From a virus (Duplodnaviria; Caudoviricetes), in the IMG/VR virus record IMGVR_UViG_3300008120_000681, positions 1-33,215 of that record: a stretch of DNA of 33,215 nt. The stretch is one strand, 5' to 3'. Made by a program: the position numbers and the translations under genes. Below, piece after piece: positions 1-8,885 of this stretch (within the stretch, counting starts at the first letter, position 1; each line of letters opens with the position of its first letter). The notes beneath the pieces are model-generated. The model saw nothing but the letters and a program-made list of their open reading frames with translations. It was not told the origin of the DNA and made no database searches.

Positions 1-397
1 AATGTATACTATATCTTGACCGTTGACATATGATTGTATACTATATCTTGGCCATATACCACTGAATGTCAACAGTGGACCACAATACCCCGCAGAATAC
101 CACAGAACGGAATGGAAATCAAGGGGAGAACAAACAGAGAACCACCGTAACCCATTGAATTTATTGGGTTGTGATAATAACTGTGGATAAAAATATTTCT
201 CTGTTGATTTCTGTGGACCTTTGTGGGAGGCTGATGACACCAACACCACTACACACAAACATTTTTATTTTGGGATTTAAAATAAGGTAAGCAATACTGA
301 CCTAAATTCCACTAAAATACCACAATATACTCACAATATACGCACAAAGCATATACAGCATACGCACATAGTCTATACACTGTATATTCTTTATATA

Positions 398-622
398 TCA
401 TATACTCACATAAGAAAGTTGGTCTTTAAGTTGGTCCCACTGTTGGTCAATGAGTTGGTCAAGCTGTTGGTCAGACAGTTGGTCACTATGTTGGTCAAAG
501 GCTTGGTCAGGCAGTAGGTCGCCTATTAGGTTCTTAACCAATATTACTTCGTCATCATATATTAATTCTACATTATAGTATAATGCTTTTTCAATATAAT
601 CTTTAAATTGTTCTCTTGTCAT
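398..622 (-). CDS. Hypothetical protein with C-terminal DQxx tetrapeptide repeats
   Basis: 74-aa ORF whose start overlaps the HNH gene stop; C-terminus DQAFDQHSDQLSDQQLDQLIDQQWDQLKDQL. Confidence 0.6.
   Translation of the reverse strand: MTREQFKDYIEKALYYNVELIYDDEVILVKNLIGDLLPDQAFDQHSDQLSDQQLDQLIDQQWDQLKDQLSYVSI
419..520 (-). repeat. 12-bp period tandem repeat (GACCAA + 6 variable nt on minus strand), about 9 units
   Basis: TTGGTC recurs every 12 nt on the + strand from 419; the last unit is TAGGTC at 515-520. Confidence 0.9.
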
Positions 623-1281
623 TGTTTATGTCCTGTTATATCAGACCATGTTATTCCAAATTTAATATTTTTTATCTTTTCAGCTTTAATATTATATTTT
701 TTTGATAATTCATTTACAGGTGAATCATCATTATAAATTTTTAATACAATTTCTTTAGATAAATGTTTTTGTCCTTTTCTAATTTTTGGATAATTAGGAG
801 TATTTTTAAAATAAGGGGATAATGGATAATCTTCTGTTATTTTTCTATAAAAATCCTTTTTCCTAATTCCAGTTATAAGTGATTCACTCACTTTATATTT
901 TTTTGATAAAAAAGAAGGGGAATCTTCTGAAAAATATATACTGTTTATTTCTTCTTTACTTAATTTGTCATAACTAATATTTTTACTATGGATTTCATCA
1001 TTATGATTACGGTTCTTTAGATATTCACGATTATAATTGCGAATATCTAAATGATCTGGATTAACACAAAGATAATTATGGCATTTGTGGTATACTACCA
1101 TATTTTCTGGAATAGGACCACAAAAAAGTTCATATGATACTCTGGTTGCTGCTTTGGTTTTATAAGAAGCTATTCTAATTTGCCCACCTTTTTCACTACA
1201 AGACCCAATCCAAATCCAGCAACCTGACATTGGTTCCGTGATATATTTTTCTTCAAATCTCTTTAATAATGATTTAACCAT
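619..1281 (-). CDS. HNH homing endonuclease with two C-terminal HTH-like repeats
   Basis: GCWIWIG...RVSYELFCGPIP...VYHKCHNYLCVNPDHL is a typical phage HNH motif; duplicated LSKE...LSKKY segments; markedly AT-rich. Confidence 0.85.
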   Translation of the reverse strand: MVKSLLKRFEEKYITEPMSGCWIWIGSCSEKGGQIRIASYKTKAATRVSYELFCGPIPENMVVYHKCHNYLCVNPDHLDIRNYNREYLKNRNHNDEIHSKNISYDKLSKEEINSIYFSEDSPSFLSKKYKVSESLITGIRKKDFYRKITEDYPLSPYFKNTPNYPKIRKGQKHLSKEIVLKIYNDDSPVNELSKKYNIKAEKIKNIKFGITWSDITGHKQ

Positions 1282-1455
1282 AACAGAACTCCATACTTTC
1301 TGATTTTATATAATAATTAATATTATCCAATTTTTAATTCCTTTATAGTTGAGTTGTAAATCCTCTCTGCTATATCATAAAGAGTATATGTATGACTGTG
1401 ATAATACTCCTTATTGGTGTATGTATTCAGAGTGAAATATTCCCTGAGTATATCC

Positions 1456-1719
1456 TCAACTTGTTTGATTTTGAGTTCTTTCTTTATCATATCGTTCGTC
1501 TTTAACGCCTTCATCATATCCTTCTTCATAGCCTTCTTTGTAGCCATCATTATATCCTTCATTATATACTTTTTCCTCTACACAGTCTTCTACTTCTTTT
1601 CTATAGGACCATAATTCCCTGTCAATATCAAACATTAAATCAGTAAGCTGAATTTGTGTGAACTGCATATTGTTCTTGACCAACCACTGTGATATGATAT
1701 TCTCAATATCCATTGTCAT
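1456..1719 (-). CDS. Hypothetical protein with GYxx repeats
   Basis: YNEGYNDGYKEGYEEGYDEG; coupled to the upstream ORF. Confidence 0.65.
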   Translation of the reverse strand: MTMDIENIISQWLVKNNMQFTQIQLTDLMFDIDRELWSYRKEVEDCVEEKVYNEGYNDGYKEGYEEGYDEGVKDERYDKERTQNQTS

Positions 1720-1925
1720 TCCTCTACAAGCATGAGATCATATCCATAGTCATTGGCTTCATTCTCATAGAAATTGGCAATTCTAATTGCATGACTTTCA
1801 CTGTCAGCAAGAAAAATAACATGAATTTTTCGTGACAATTTACCCACCAAAGCGTATTTGTTATCACCATCCATCCACTCACAAGTTAAGGTATGAATAG
1901 GCTTCAGTTTGATGTGATTGTTCAT
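1716..1925 (-). CDS. Small hypothetical protein, YALVGK paralog 1
   Basis: Shares KYALVGK-S--IH and GYDLM-VEE with 2334-2543 and 3597-3803. Confidence 0.75.
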   Translation of the reverse strand: MNNHIKLKPIHTLTCEWMDGDNKYALVGKLSRKIHVIFLADSESHAIRIANFYENEANDYGYDLMLVEE

Positions 1926-1926
1926 T

Positions 1927-2337
1927 TCAGTTCCCCTTGAATGACAGTTTACTCAGAACACTATAATCCAGTTTGTGTTTGAACGCAATATTTTCAAGTT
2001 GAATTTTCATAAGTTTTTCATCGCCCCAACTTAAATCTAAGTCATGAGCATCTTGAAGATCACGCAAAAGAGTGATATTGTCTTCAAAAGTCTTCTGTAG
2101 ATCAGACGGGAGTAGACCAGAACTGATAAGTGAAGAAATACCAGTATCTCCAAACTCAGAATCATCAAAATCATCCATCTTTGGATCATATGCATCGTCA
2201 GGGATCAATGCACCAACAGCACATTTCAATCCACTCTCACTACGATATAAACACATGCCCTTCACACTCGATTGGCGTCCCTGCTGAAACAGGTGAGTAA
2301 CTACTGTATCAAAGATTTCTTGCGGCGTCATTGTCAT
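1927..2337 (-). CDS. Conserved phage hypothetical protein
   Basis: QEIFDTVVTHLFQQG...CLYR...KCAVGALIPD pattern; tight operon packing. Confidence 0.75.
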   Translation of the reverse strand: MTMTPQEIFDTVVTHLFQQGRQSSVKGMCLYRSESGLKCAVGALIPDDAYDPKMDDFDDSEFGDTGISSLISSGLLPSDLQKTFEDNITLLRDLQDAHDLDLSWGDEKLMKIQLENIAFKHKLDYSVLSKLSFKGN

Positions 2338-2543
2338 TCCTCTACGGCCATTAGATCATATCCAGAGTCGTCAAATGTGTCATTAAAACAATGTTTAATT
2401 TCCCTTGCCTTTGATAGACAAACACTGGTAAAAACAGCATGGACTTCACCAGAAGCTTTGCCTACCAGTGCATACTTTTTTGCACAATTCCAGACATATG
2501 TCTGTCTGTCATCCACCGGGGTTAGTTTAATACGATCATTCAT
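2334..2543 (-). CDS. Small hypothetical protein, YALVGK paralog 2
   Basis: ATG at 2543 preceded by GAGGAG; paralog motif. Confidence 0.75.
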   Translation of the reverse strand: MNDRIKLTPVDDRQTYVWNCAKKYALVGKASGEVHAVFTSVCLSKAREIKHCFNDTFDDSGYDLMAVEE

Positions 2544-2575
2544 TTCAGTTCTCCTCATTTGATGGACATAAGATA

Positions 2576-3028
2576 TCAGACCACTTCTGCAATGTCAAGA
2601 TGTAAAGTCAAATCCCTCTCAAAATATCCTAGCCAAGGACGAAAATAATTAACTGAAATGCCCGTGTCTGTCTCATAATTCACCGACCATTCATCGAAAT
2701 CTGTTGCCGGAGAAATCAAAATTTCATATGCCTTCTTTGCTACGTCTCTGCTTCTGAACACATGAATGATGTCATAGGAATTGTTCTCTCCATATCCAAA
2801 TGAATTACCTGATGACCATTCTGCCCATAGAACATATACAATATCATCTTTCTGTATGTCATAGTCAATATCAACAATATCACTGTCATATGTCTTCGAA
2901 AGAGACACAGAACCAAGATCATTAGTCCAAGTCTCACTCCATTCACCATATTTTTCATCAGAATAATGTGAATGAATAAGGCGACGATCCATTGTCACAT
3001 ATAAATTATTTCCCTTCTCAATACTCAT
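2576..3028 (-). CDS. Hypothetical protein
   Basis: 150-aa acidic ORF in the minus-strand cluster. Confidence 0.7.
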   Translation of the reverse strand: MSIEKGNNLYVTMDRRLIHSHYSDEKYGEWSETWTNDLGSVSLSKTYDSDIVDIDYDIQKDDIVYVLWAEWSSGNSFGYGENNSYDIIHVFRSRDVAKKAYEILISPATDFDEWSVNYETDTGISVNYFRPWLGYFERDLTLHLDIAEVV

Positions 3029-3199
3029 TTCATCATTCCCTATGTTTTAACACAAAAACCTCTTCGGGAAAAGTCTTTTCTTTTCCTATTTCCTCTAGAC
3101 ACACTATACCCTCTTATAGCCACGATCTAGTAGCAGACCGACTATATTATCACGAGTAAATTTCGTGCAGTCAATATGATAGCTAAGCATTTACTCCTC

Positions 3200-3427
3200 C
3201 TATGATCGCCTCTTGTTTATTTTCTTTAATAGATCTTCAACAGTATGAAATGCAAGCTTTACATTCATATCCTGGATTACATCTGTCATAGAACATATCA
3301 CAGTTGCCTTGCAATCAATATCATGCTTCGCACTGTCTCTATATCTATCATAGTATTTGATATAGAGATTTGTCAAGTCCTCATGTAAATCTTCTAGCAT
3401 ATCATCAGGAAGGATAAGATCAGACAT
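3200..3427 (-). CDS. Hypothetical protein
   Basis: GGAG RBS before ATG; 75 aa. Confidence 0.6.
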   Translation of the reverse strand: MSDLILPDDMLEDLHEDLTNLYIKYYDRYRDSAKHDIDCKATVICSMTDVIQDMNVKLAFHTVEDLLKKINKRRS

Positions 3428-3596
3428 TTATTTCTCCATACAAACATATTTGACTGACGGAACAGGATATTTCACTACGTCCATTTTAACCAATTCCTCT
3501 CCTGCCGCCTTACATTTCTCTAGAGAATTAAATTCAGCAGTAACTGCTGACTTAAAGTAGATTACGGCGATTAGAACATAGACATAGGTCATTTTG

Positions 3597-3803
3597 TTAT
3601 TCCTTTACTTTCATAATATGATAACCGGAGTCTTTCATAATTTTGTGGTAGCTATCTCTAATTTCCTTAGCTTTTTCATAACTATTGGCGTTGAATATCA
3701 TATGAATTTCACCAGAGATTTTACCTACTAGAGCGTATCTAACGCCCGCAGACCATTCATATTGAAATTCATTATCAATCGGAACGAGTGTAGTTTTAGA
3801 CAT
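3597..3803 (-). CDS. Small hypothetical protein, YALVGK paralog 3
   Basis: RYALVGKISGEIH...GYHIMKVKE. Confidence 0.75.
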   Translation of the reverse strand: MSKTTLVPIDNEFQYEWSAGVRYALVGKISGEIHMIFNANSYEKAKEIRDSYHKIMKDSGYHIMKVKE

Positions 3804-3804
3804 T

Positions 3805-4005
3805 TTATTCCTCCCTGACAGATTTCACATGAGCAGCGAACAGTTCCAGCATATCAAAACGGCGATTGGCAGGAACATAGGCAGTCAATAGACGTGTATA
3901 GAAGCTTTCCATATATCCCGTGATATAGGCATATTCATGCTTCTCACGCAATGCAACAGTGAGCTGCTGCACCGCAATCTTGATGTCGTCGCCATTCATC
4001 TGCAT
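3805..4005 (-). CDS. Hypothetical protein
   Basis: GGAGAG RBS; abuts the next gene. Confidence 0.65.
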   Translation of the reverse strand: MQMNGDDIKIAVQQLTVALREKHEYAYITGYMESFYTRLLTAYVPANRRFDMLELFAAHVKSVREE

Positions 4006-4165
4006 TTTGTCTCTCCATTTGTCGTGAGGATTTCATATGAACTGTCACCGTAGTTCTTACTATACCACATCAAATAGCGTTGTAAAGCCACCCTCGATAT
4101 ATTATCATGAAAAATATGTGCGTTCGGAAATATAATTTCCAGATTGTAGGTCTTGACTTTCATGA

Positions 4166-4375
4166 TTAACCCTTTACACGATCATTATAGGTGAGGAACT
4201 TTTTCGTTGCATTGGGATAGTGGAAAGCAGTAATATGGTGCTTTGTAGAACTATGATAACGGGAAAGCGTTCCATCAGGACCAAGGCGAACCCACTGTCC
4301 CTTCTGAAGCTTAATCTGACCCGTGCGAACCATATCACCATACTGCCAAATGTCGAAAGCCTTCATGAATTTCAT
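4166..4375 (-). CDS. Hypothetical protein, first gene of the leftward unit
   Basis: ATG at 4375 (MKFMKAF) with GGAG RBS, downstream of the leftward promoter. Confidence 0.65.
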   Translation of the reverse strand: MKFMKAFDIWQYGDMVRTGQIKLQKGQWVRLGPDGTLSRYHSSTKHHITAFHYPNATKKFLTYNDRVKG

Positions 4376-4401
4376 CGTCGTTCTCCGTAGTTGATATGAA
4401 C

Positions 4402-4472
4402 AATATACAGGAATATTTCGGATCGTCAAGCGAAAAAAGACCCTTGACGAAACTTTTTTTATCCATTACTGT
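4402..4472. promoter_or_regulatory. Back-to-back divergent sigma70-type promoters at the strand switch
   Basis: CGTCAAG (4424-4430) and CTTGACG (4443-4449) are inverted. Leftward TTGACG-N16-TATATT; rightward TTGACG-N17-TACTGT. Confidence 0.65.
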
Positions 4473-4589
4473 CCAAGGATCGAACACGGAGACAAACCAT
4501 GGATGTATATATCAGAGCTATGATAGTTTCAGCATTTATGCTTACTGTCACAGCGTTCATAATAATTCACCACATTACACAGAATTAAC

Positions 4590-4617
4590 TTGACAGAATT
4601 TCTGTTGAGTGTATAAT
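4590..4617 (+). promoter_or_regulatory. Consensus sigma70 promoter
   Basis: TTGACA-N16-TATAAT. Confidence 0.75.
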
Positions 4618-4967
4618 ACTGTTGTGGGGATGAAATACAATAGGAGATCACTATGTATCAGGATTGGGAAAAAGAACTAAACTATCTTTTCTGTGTAGCA
4701 GCGTCTACTGTATCACTATTCATGTATTGTTTACTATATCTATATGGAGGTTAATATGGCCGGTGAAGTAAATCTGAGAAAGCTCAAAGAAGTTGCACAA
4801 AGATTGGGCATTGAGAGTAAAGGAAAGAAAAAACGAAATACATACCTTTCTCCCTACACTCTTCTATTGACACATGAATTTGTGTGTGATATGCCTAAGA
4901 TCGTGGAGAAAGATGATGTGTCTTATATGACAGGAACATCATTCTACAATGATAAGGAAATAGATCA

Positions 4968-5195
4968 ATGAAAGTATATGTTGCTATCTATGAACATCGT
5001 TATGGACAGGATGTCCGTGTCTTTGATAACATTGACAAAGTAGAGGCATGGAAATCAGAAATCGCTAATGAATACTTCGAACATGAATTTAAAGGACTAG
5101 TAGAAAAACCTGACAACCTTCAAGAAGTCACTGAAATTTATTGGGATGGTGTAGAAGACGAATGGTTCACTGTGGAAATCTGTGAAGTGGAATAA
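4968..5195 (+). CDS. Hypothetical protein
   Basis: AAGGA RBS; 75 aa, acidic. Confidence 0.7.
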   Translation: MKVYVAIYEHRYGQDVRVFDNIDKVEAWKSEIANEYFEHEFKGLVEKPDNLQEVTEIYWDGVEDEWFTVEICEVE

Positions 5196-5206
5196 GGAGA
5201 AAGATC

Positions 5207-5512
5207 ATGTCTGGTATTGAACTGCTGTTTTCTGACCATCATGGCGTATATATTCCCAAGCTGTTTGTAGAAGATTGTGGCGAAATCTGGGGTCTATCAG
5301 AGGATGATAAGCTTGAATTGAGTGAAGGGCCTGATAATGAATATTATTGAGATACCTGGTCTAATGTTCTTGACTATGCTACACTGAAAGATGACAATGG
5401 GCATGTCTGGCGCTTATGGCAGGACGGTGATCTATGGGCATACTGTGAAGAACTGATGACAGATGCAGAATATTCCAACTTTTTTGGTGAGGAACGTGAA
5501 ATAGAGGATTGA
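5207..5512 (+). pseudogene. 101-codon phage gene interrupted by an in-frame TGA at codon 48
   Basis: AAGGAG RBS and ATG at 5207. The frame reads GPDNEYY*DTWSNVLDYA... and continues to TGA at 5510-5512, filling the intergenic gap; internal TGA at 5348-5350. Confidence 0.7.
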
Positions 5513-5559
5513 CACTACAATCTATCTATGAGATAACAAACTCAACAAGGAGAAAGATC

Positions 5560-5847
5560 ATGTCCAGAGCAAAGACAAATGTGACAATTCTTGACAAGGA
5601 TTTTCTTGTTGAGTTTGACTATACAGTAACCTATGGTGGATGTGCTGCCAGAACATATGGACCAGCAGAAGATTGCTATCCAGCAGAAGATATTGAATAT
5701 AAGATTGATGGAATTGATTTGTATATAGACGAAGGTGGAGAACTAGAGCAGGTTCCAATTCCTGACTGGTTGTATGAAATCCTACATGAAATGCTTATGG
5801 AAAGCCAAGAAGCATACGATATTATTAGAGAAAATGAGGAACGGTGA
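5560..5847 (+). CDS. Hypothetical protein
   Basis: ATG at 5560 with AAGGAG RBS; GPAEDCYPAE motif. Confidence 0.7.
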   Translation: MSRAKTNVTILDKDFLVEFDYTVTYGGCAARTYGPAEDCYPAEDIEYKIDGIDLYIDEGGELEQVPIPDWLYEILHEMLMESQEAYDIIRENEER

Positions 5848-5960
5848 TGAAAAATCTTGTTGCAAAAGAACTAAGATCTGCTAAGTTTAGACAGAGAATA
5901 GTTCGGTCCAAAAAGGGTAAAGGCTCTTATAATCGCAAGGAGAAACATCATGATCTTTGA
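5847..5960 (+). CDS. ArfA-like alternative ribosome rescue factor (37 aa, not in the ORF track)
   Basis: MKNLVAKELRSAKFRQRIVRSKKGKGSYNRKEKHHDL matches the ArfA core FRQR----KKGKGSY-RK-KH; start overlaps the upstream stop. Confidence 0.7.
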   Translation: MKNLVAKELRSAKFRQRIVRSKKGKGSYNRKEKHHDL

Positions 5961-6240
5961 CGAATATGACTTTGAACATACGGCAGAAGTCGTTCTAAAG
6001 ATGAACAAGTCTATGGTTGATCTTTATGACAAGGAAGGTCTTATCAACTTTATGAAGTCTATGGCTTATCAGTATCTTCACGATAAGAATAGCACTTGTT
6101 CTACTGGTGGATTTGTTCTGTCGTCATTCACTGGTTCTGATGGAGAGCGTCATATAAGAGCATCTGTGTCTGCTTCTCTTGTAGAAGAATTTCTCAACAA
6201 AATGAAAAAGAAGCTTGACTCAGCAACTGATCCAGTGTAA
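5950..6240 (+). CDS. Hypothetical protein
   Basis: AAGGAG RBS; 96 aa. Confidence 0.7.
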   Translation: MIFDEYDFEHTAEVVLKMNKSMVDLYDKEGLINFMKSMAYQYLHDKNSTCSTGGFVLSSFTGSDGERHIRASVSASLVEEFLNKMKKKLDSATDPV

Positions 6241-6264
6241 AACAAATCATCAACGGAGGATGAT

Positions 6265-6534
6265 ATGACAACTTCGCAAGGATATACGGGCAAGACAGTT
6301 ACCGCAAACCAGATCATTCACAAAGCCCCATTTGTGCGAGGGTTCAAGGAGGTCCAAGATGGTATTCCTATGGATTATGACGCTTATTGCAACTCTATTG
6401 TTGACAGAGAGGGCTATGAGCGTGGGCGAATGTTCGGTTACATTTATAAAGGTCCACTGAAACATGGCAAAAAAGTGACCAAACAAGCACAGAACGCACT
6501 ATACGGTGCTTTTTATACAGGATCACTAATATGA
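6265..6534 (+). CDS. Hypothetical protein
   Basis: GGAGG RBS; YERGR motif. Confidence 0.7.
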   Translation: MTTSQGYTGKTVTANQIIHKAPFVRGFKEVQDGIPMDYDAYCNSIVDREGYERGRMFGYIYKGPLKHGKKVTKQAQNALYGAFYTGSLI

Positions 6535-7151
6535 CTGTAGCTGAACTGATCGTTGAATTATATGAGGAGATTTGATATGGTGTTCTATTATATCTGCCCC
6601 ATTAATGGCAAATACAAGTATCAATGGGCTTATCTATCTAAGCCACAAAATTTTGACATATCCTGGTGGATCATTCCAGGAATGCTGGAGGACTAAGATG
6701 ACACAGGAAGAAAAAATTAAGGCTTTATATGAGGCGCTTCACTGGTTCATTGAGAATGACGATACCAATCGTGGAGATGGTTGGGAAGAAGTAAATGCCT
6801 ACTGGATCGCTGGTTTCAATCGTGGGTGTGATGCTTTAGCTCTGGTGGATTTAGAAGAAGCTGAGCGGCTCCGAAACGCCTCTTTTAACTCTACTATAAT
6901 CTAATAGTAAATGGAAATGATTATGACAGAATTTCTTTCCAAAGACCCACAAAAGGCTCTTGACGAAGTAAAACAGAGGCTTTATGAAAGGATGCGTAGT
7001 AGAGAAAACTATGCAGCACAAGACCCTCTAAAGGATGTTTACTTTAAAGGGTTACAAAAAGGTGCTTTATCAGAGGTAGAATTTCTTCAAAATCTACTTG
7101 ACATGATAGAACGGTCGTAGTAGATTAGATTATCAACTGATGGAGAGTGTT

Positions 7152-7574
7152 ATGGGTCTTGATATGATGCTTTACGGTGAAAAGTCCCCTGCTTGGGGTA
7201 AAGAACCCGTCATGGATGAAGGTTATCATGTTAAATATAAAAGGATTGAACTTGCCTATTGGCGCAAACATCCTAATCTACATAGTTTTATTGTAAACGA
7301 ATTTGCAGATGGAAATGACGAATGTCAGGACATTTATCTTGACAGTGACGATATTGATACCATCATTGAAACTATTGAGAATGATGGTCTTCCAGAGAAT
7401 GTGACAGGATTTTTCTTTGGAAGGTCATATCATCTCGGTGAAGCAGATGAATATGGATCATATGAAGAACAAAAAGAAATTGATCTAAAGTTTTTCCGTG
7501 AAGCCAAGAATTGGCTTGACAAGGCTAAGGAAATGGGTGATCTTCGTTCTATCATCTATCAGGGATCGTGGTAA
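7152..7574 (+). CDS. Conserved phage hypothetical protein (MGLDM...YWRK family)
   Basis: MGLDMMLY...YWRKHPNLH...YQGSW; GGAG RBS. Confidence 0.75.
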   Translation: MGLDMMLYGEKSPAWGKEPVMDEGYHVKYKRIELAYWRKHPNLHSFIVNEFADGNDECQDIYLDSDDIDTIIETIENDGLPENVTGFFFGRSYHLGEADEYGSYEEQKEIDLKFFREAKNWLDKAKEMGDLRSIIYQGSW

Positions 7575-7876
7575 GGACAAATGTCATGGAAATGACAAAA
7601 GAAATTATGATTGACCTTCTGGCCACGAATGATGAAGCTGTTGCCCGTGCTTTGGTTGTTCTCAAAAATAATAATTCTTTGAATGGCAAGGGGTTTCGTC
7701 CTTGTCACGTTCGTATGGGAACTTCTATGGCTAATTATTACAATCAACGGGGTTATCTGTCTCCAAAACAGATTTCATATTGGCGCATTCTTGACAAGAA
7801 CGGTAATATGAAAATTGCTATCTACTGGAAACAGTTAATTGAAGCCGGAATGGAAAAGGAAGAGAAAGATACCTGA
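7568..7876 (+). CDS. Hypothetical protein (start uncertain)
   Basis: AVARAL...NGKGF...LSPKQ...YWKQL; coupled to the upstream gene. Confidence 0.65.
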   Translation: MVRTNVMEMTKEIMIDLLATNDEAVARALVVLKNNNSLNGKGFRPCHVRMGTSMANYYNQRGYLSPKQISYWRILDKNGNMKIAIYWKQLIEAGMEKEEKDT

Positions 7877-7942
7877 TCCTAAAAAGTTTTGACATAAGAA
7901 AAATATGTGGTAGGCTCTAAAAATAAACAAACGGAGAATAAA

Positions 7943-8446
7943 ATGGGAACTCGTGCTGTATTTGACTTTCGTGACAACATGAATGAGAAAGGTTTCTGTG
8001 TCTATAAACATTGGGATGGATATCCAGAGGGTGCTGCTGATGTTCTGACCAAGACACTAGCCAATGCGTGGGACCTGCCACGTTATGAGAATGATGAATT
8101 TGCGGCTGCATTTATTGCCGCAAACAAGGTAAATGCTGGCGACATTCGTATGACTAATGCACCAGAAGATCATGGTGACATTGAATATATCTATGAGATT
8201 TTTCAGGCAAATAATGGGCAGATGATTGTTCGTGCCTATAGTGTAGATTATTGGTCTGAACATGAAAAAAAGAAAGATGAAATCTTCTATGGTCGTCTCA
8301 AGGATTTCGTTGCCAAGTATGGAAATCGTGTTACGAAAAAAATGTGGGATGAATTGGATCGTTCGCCCCACAAACTGCTTGACAGGACTACTGATCCAGA
8401 GTATGTTGAATATGTAAGGTTGAAGAACAAGTTCGAAACTGTCTAA
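7943..8446 (+). CDS. Conserved phage hypothetical protein (MGTR...HWDGYP family)
   Basis: MGTRA...YKHWDGYPEG...HGDIEYIY; GGAG RBS. Confidence 0.75.
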   Translation: MGTRAVFDFRDNMNEKGFCVYKHWDGYPEGAADVLTKTLANAWDLPRYENDEFAAAFIAANKVNAGDIRMTNAPEDHGDIEYIYEIFQANNGQMIVRAYSVDYWSEHEKKKDEIFYGRLKDFVAKYGNRVTKKMWDELDRSPHKLLDRTTDPEYVEYVRLKNKFETV

Positions 8447-8477
8447 CTCTAACTGAAACTCAACAGGAACAACGACT

Positions 8478-8885
8478 ATGACTCTTTATCGCTCTGACCT
8501 CAAGAACCTCAACGAAGACAAGCTGACCGAAATCTACAACAAGTATGTGGATATGTATAATGCCAAGCTTGATGGCAAGAAGATCAATGTTGACTTTTTT
8601 GATCTCAAGCAGACTATGGCTATTATTAAGGCAGAGCGTCAGAGACAAATGCAGCGTCGTTATAATTTCACTCATTATTATAACAAGAAGTCTGCACAGA
8701 TTTTGCGAATGGTTGTTCCTGGTATGTGGGTTTCCTTCAAGGAAGAAGGTGAACGTCGTTTTGGTGTGGTGCAGAAGGTTTGCGCCAAGACAGTGATTAT
8801 CAACGAAGATAATATCCAGTGGCAGATTGATGCTGGTGCAATCAAGCCGCTTCGTCGTATTAAAAAGAATAAGATGCCGGGTTGA
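8478..8885 (+). CDS. Hypothetical basic protein, possible SH3/KOW-like C-terminus
   Basis: AGGA RBS; PGMWVSF...GVVQKVCAKTVII. Confidence 0.65.
   Translation: MTLYRSDLKNLNEDKLTEIYNKYVDMYNAKLDGKKINVDFFDLKQTMAIIKAERQRQMQRRYNFTHYYNKKSAQILRMVVPGMWVSFKEEGERRFGVVQKVCAKTVIINEDNIQWQIDAGAIKPLRRIKKNKMPG

Noticed and set aside
1323-1562. MKDIMMATKKAMKK N-terminal extension
   Set aside because: Alternative-frame read of the GYxx repeat in 1456-1719; the real gene probably starts near 1490.
5348-5350. Genome-wide TGA recoding
   Set aside because: TGA is the terminal stop of clear genes (AAA ATPase, acyl-CoA dehydrogenase, uvsX), and long genes show no internal TGA.
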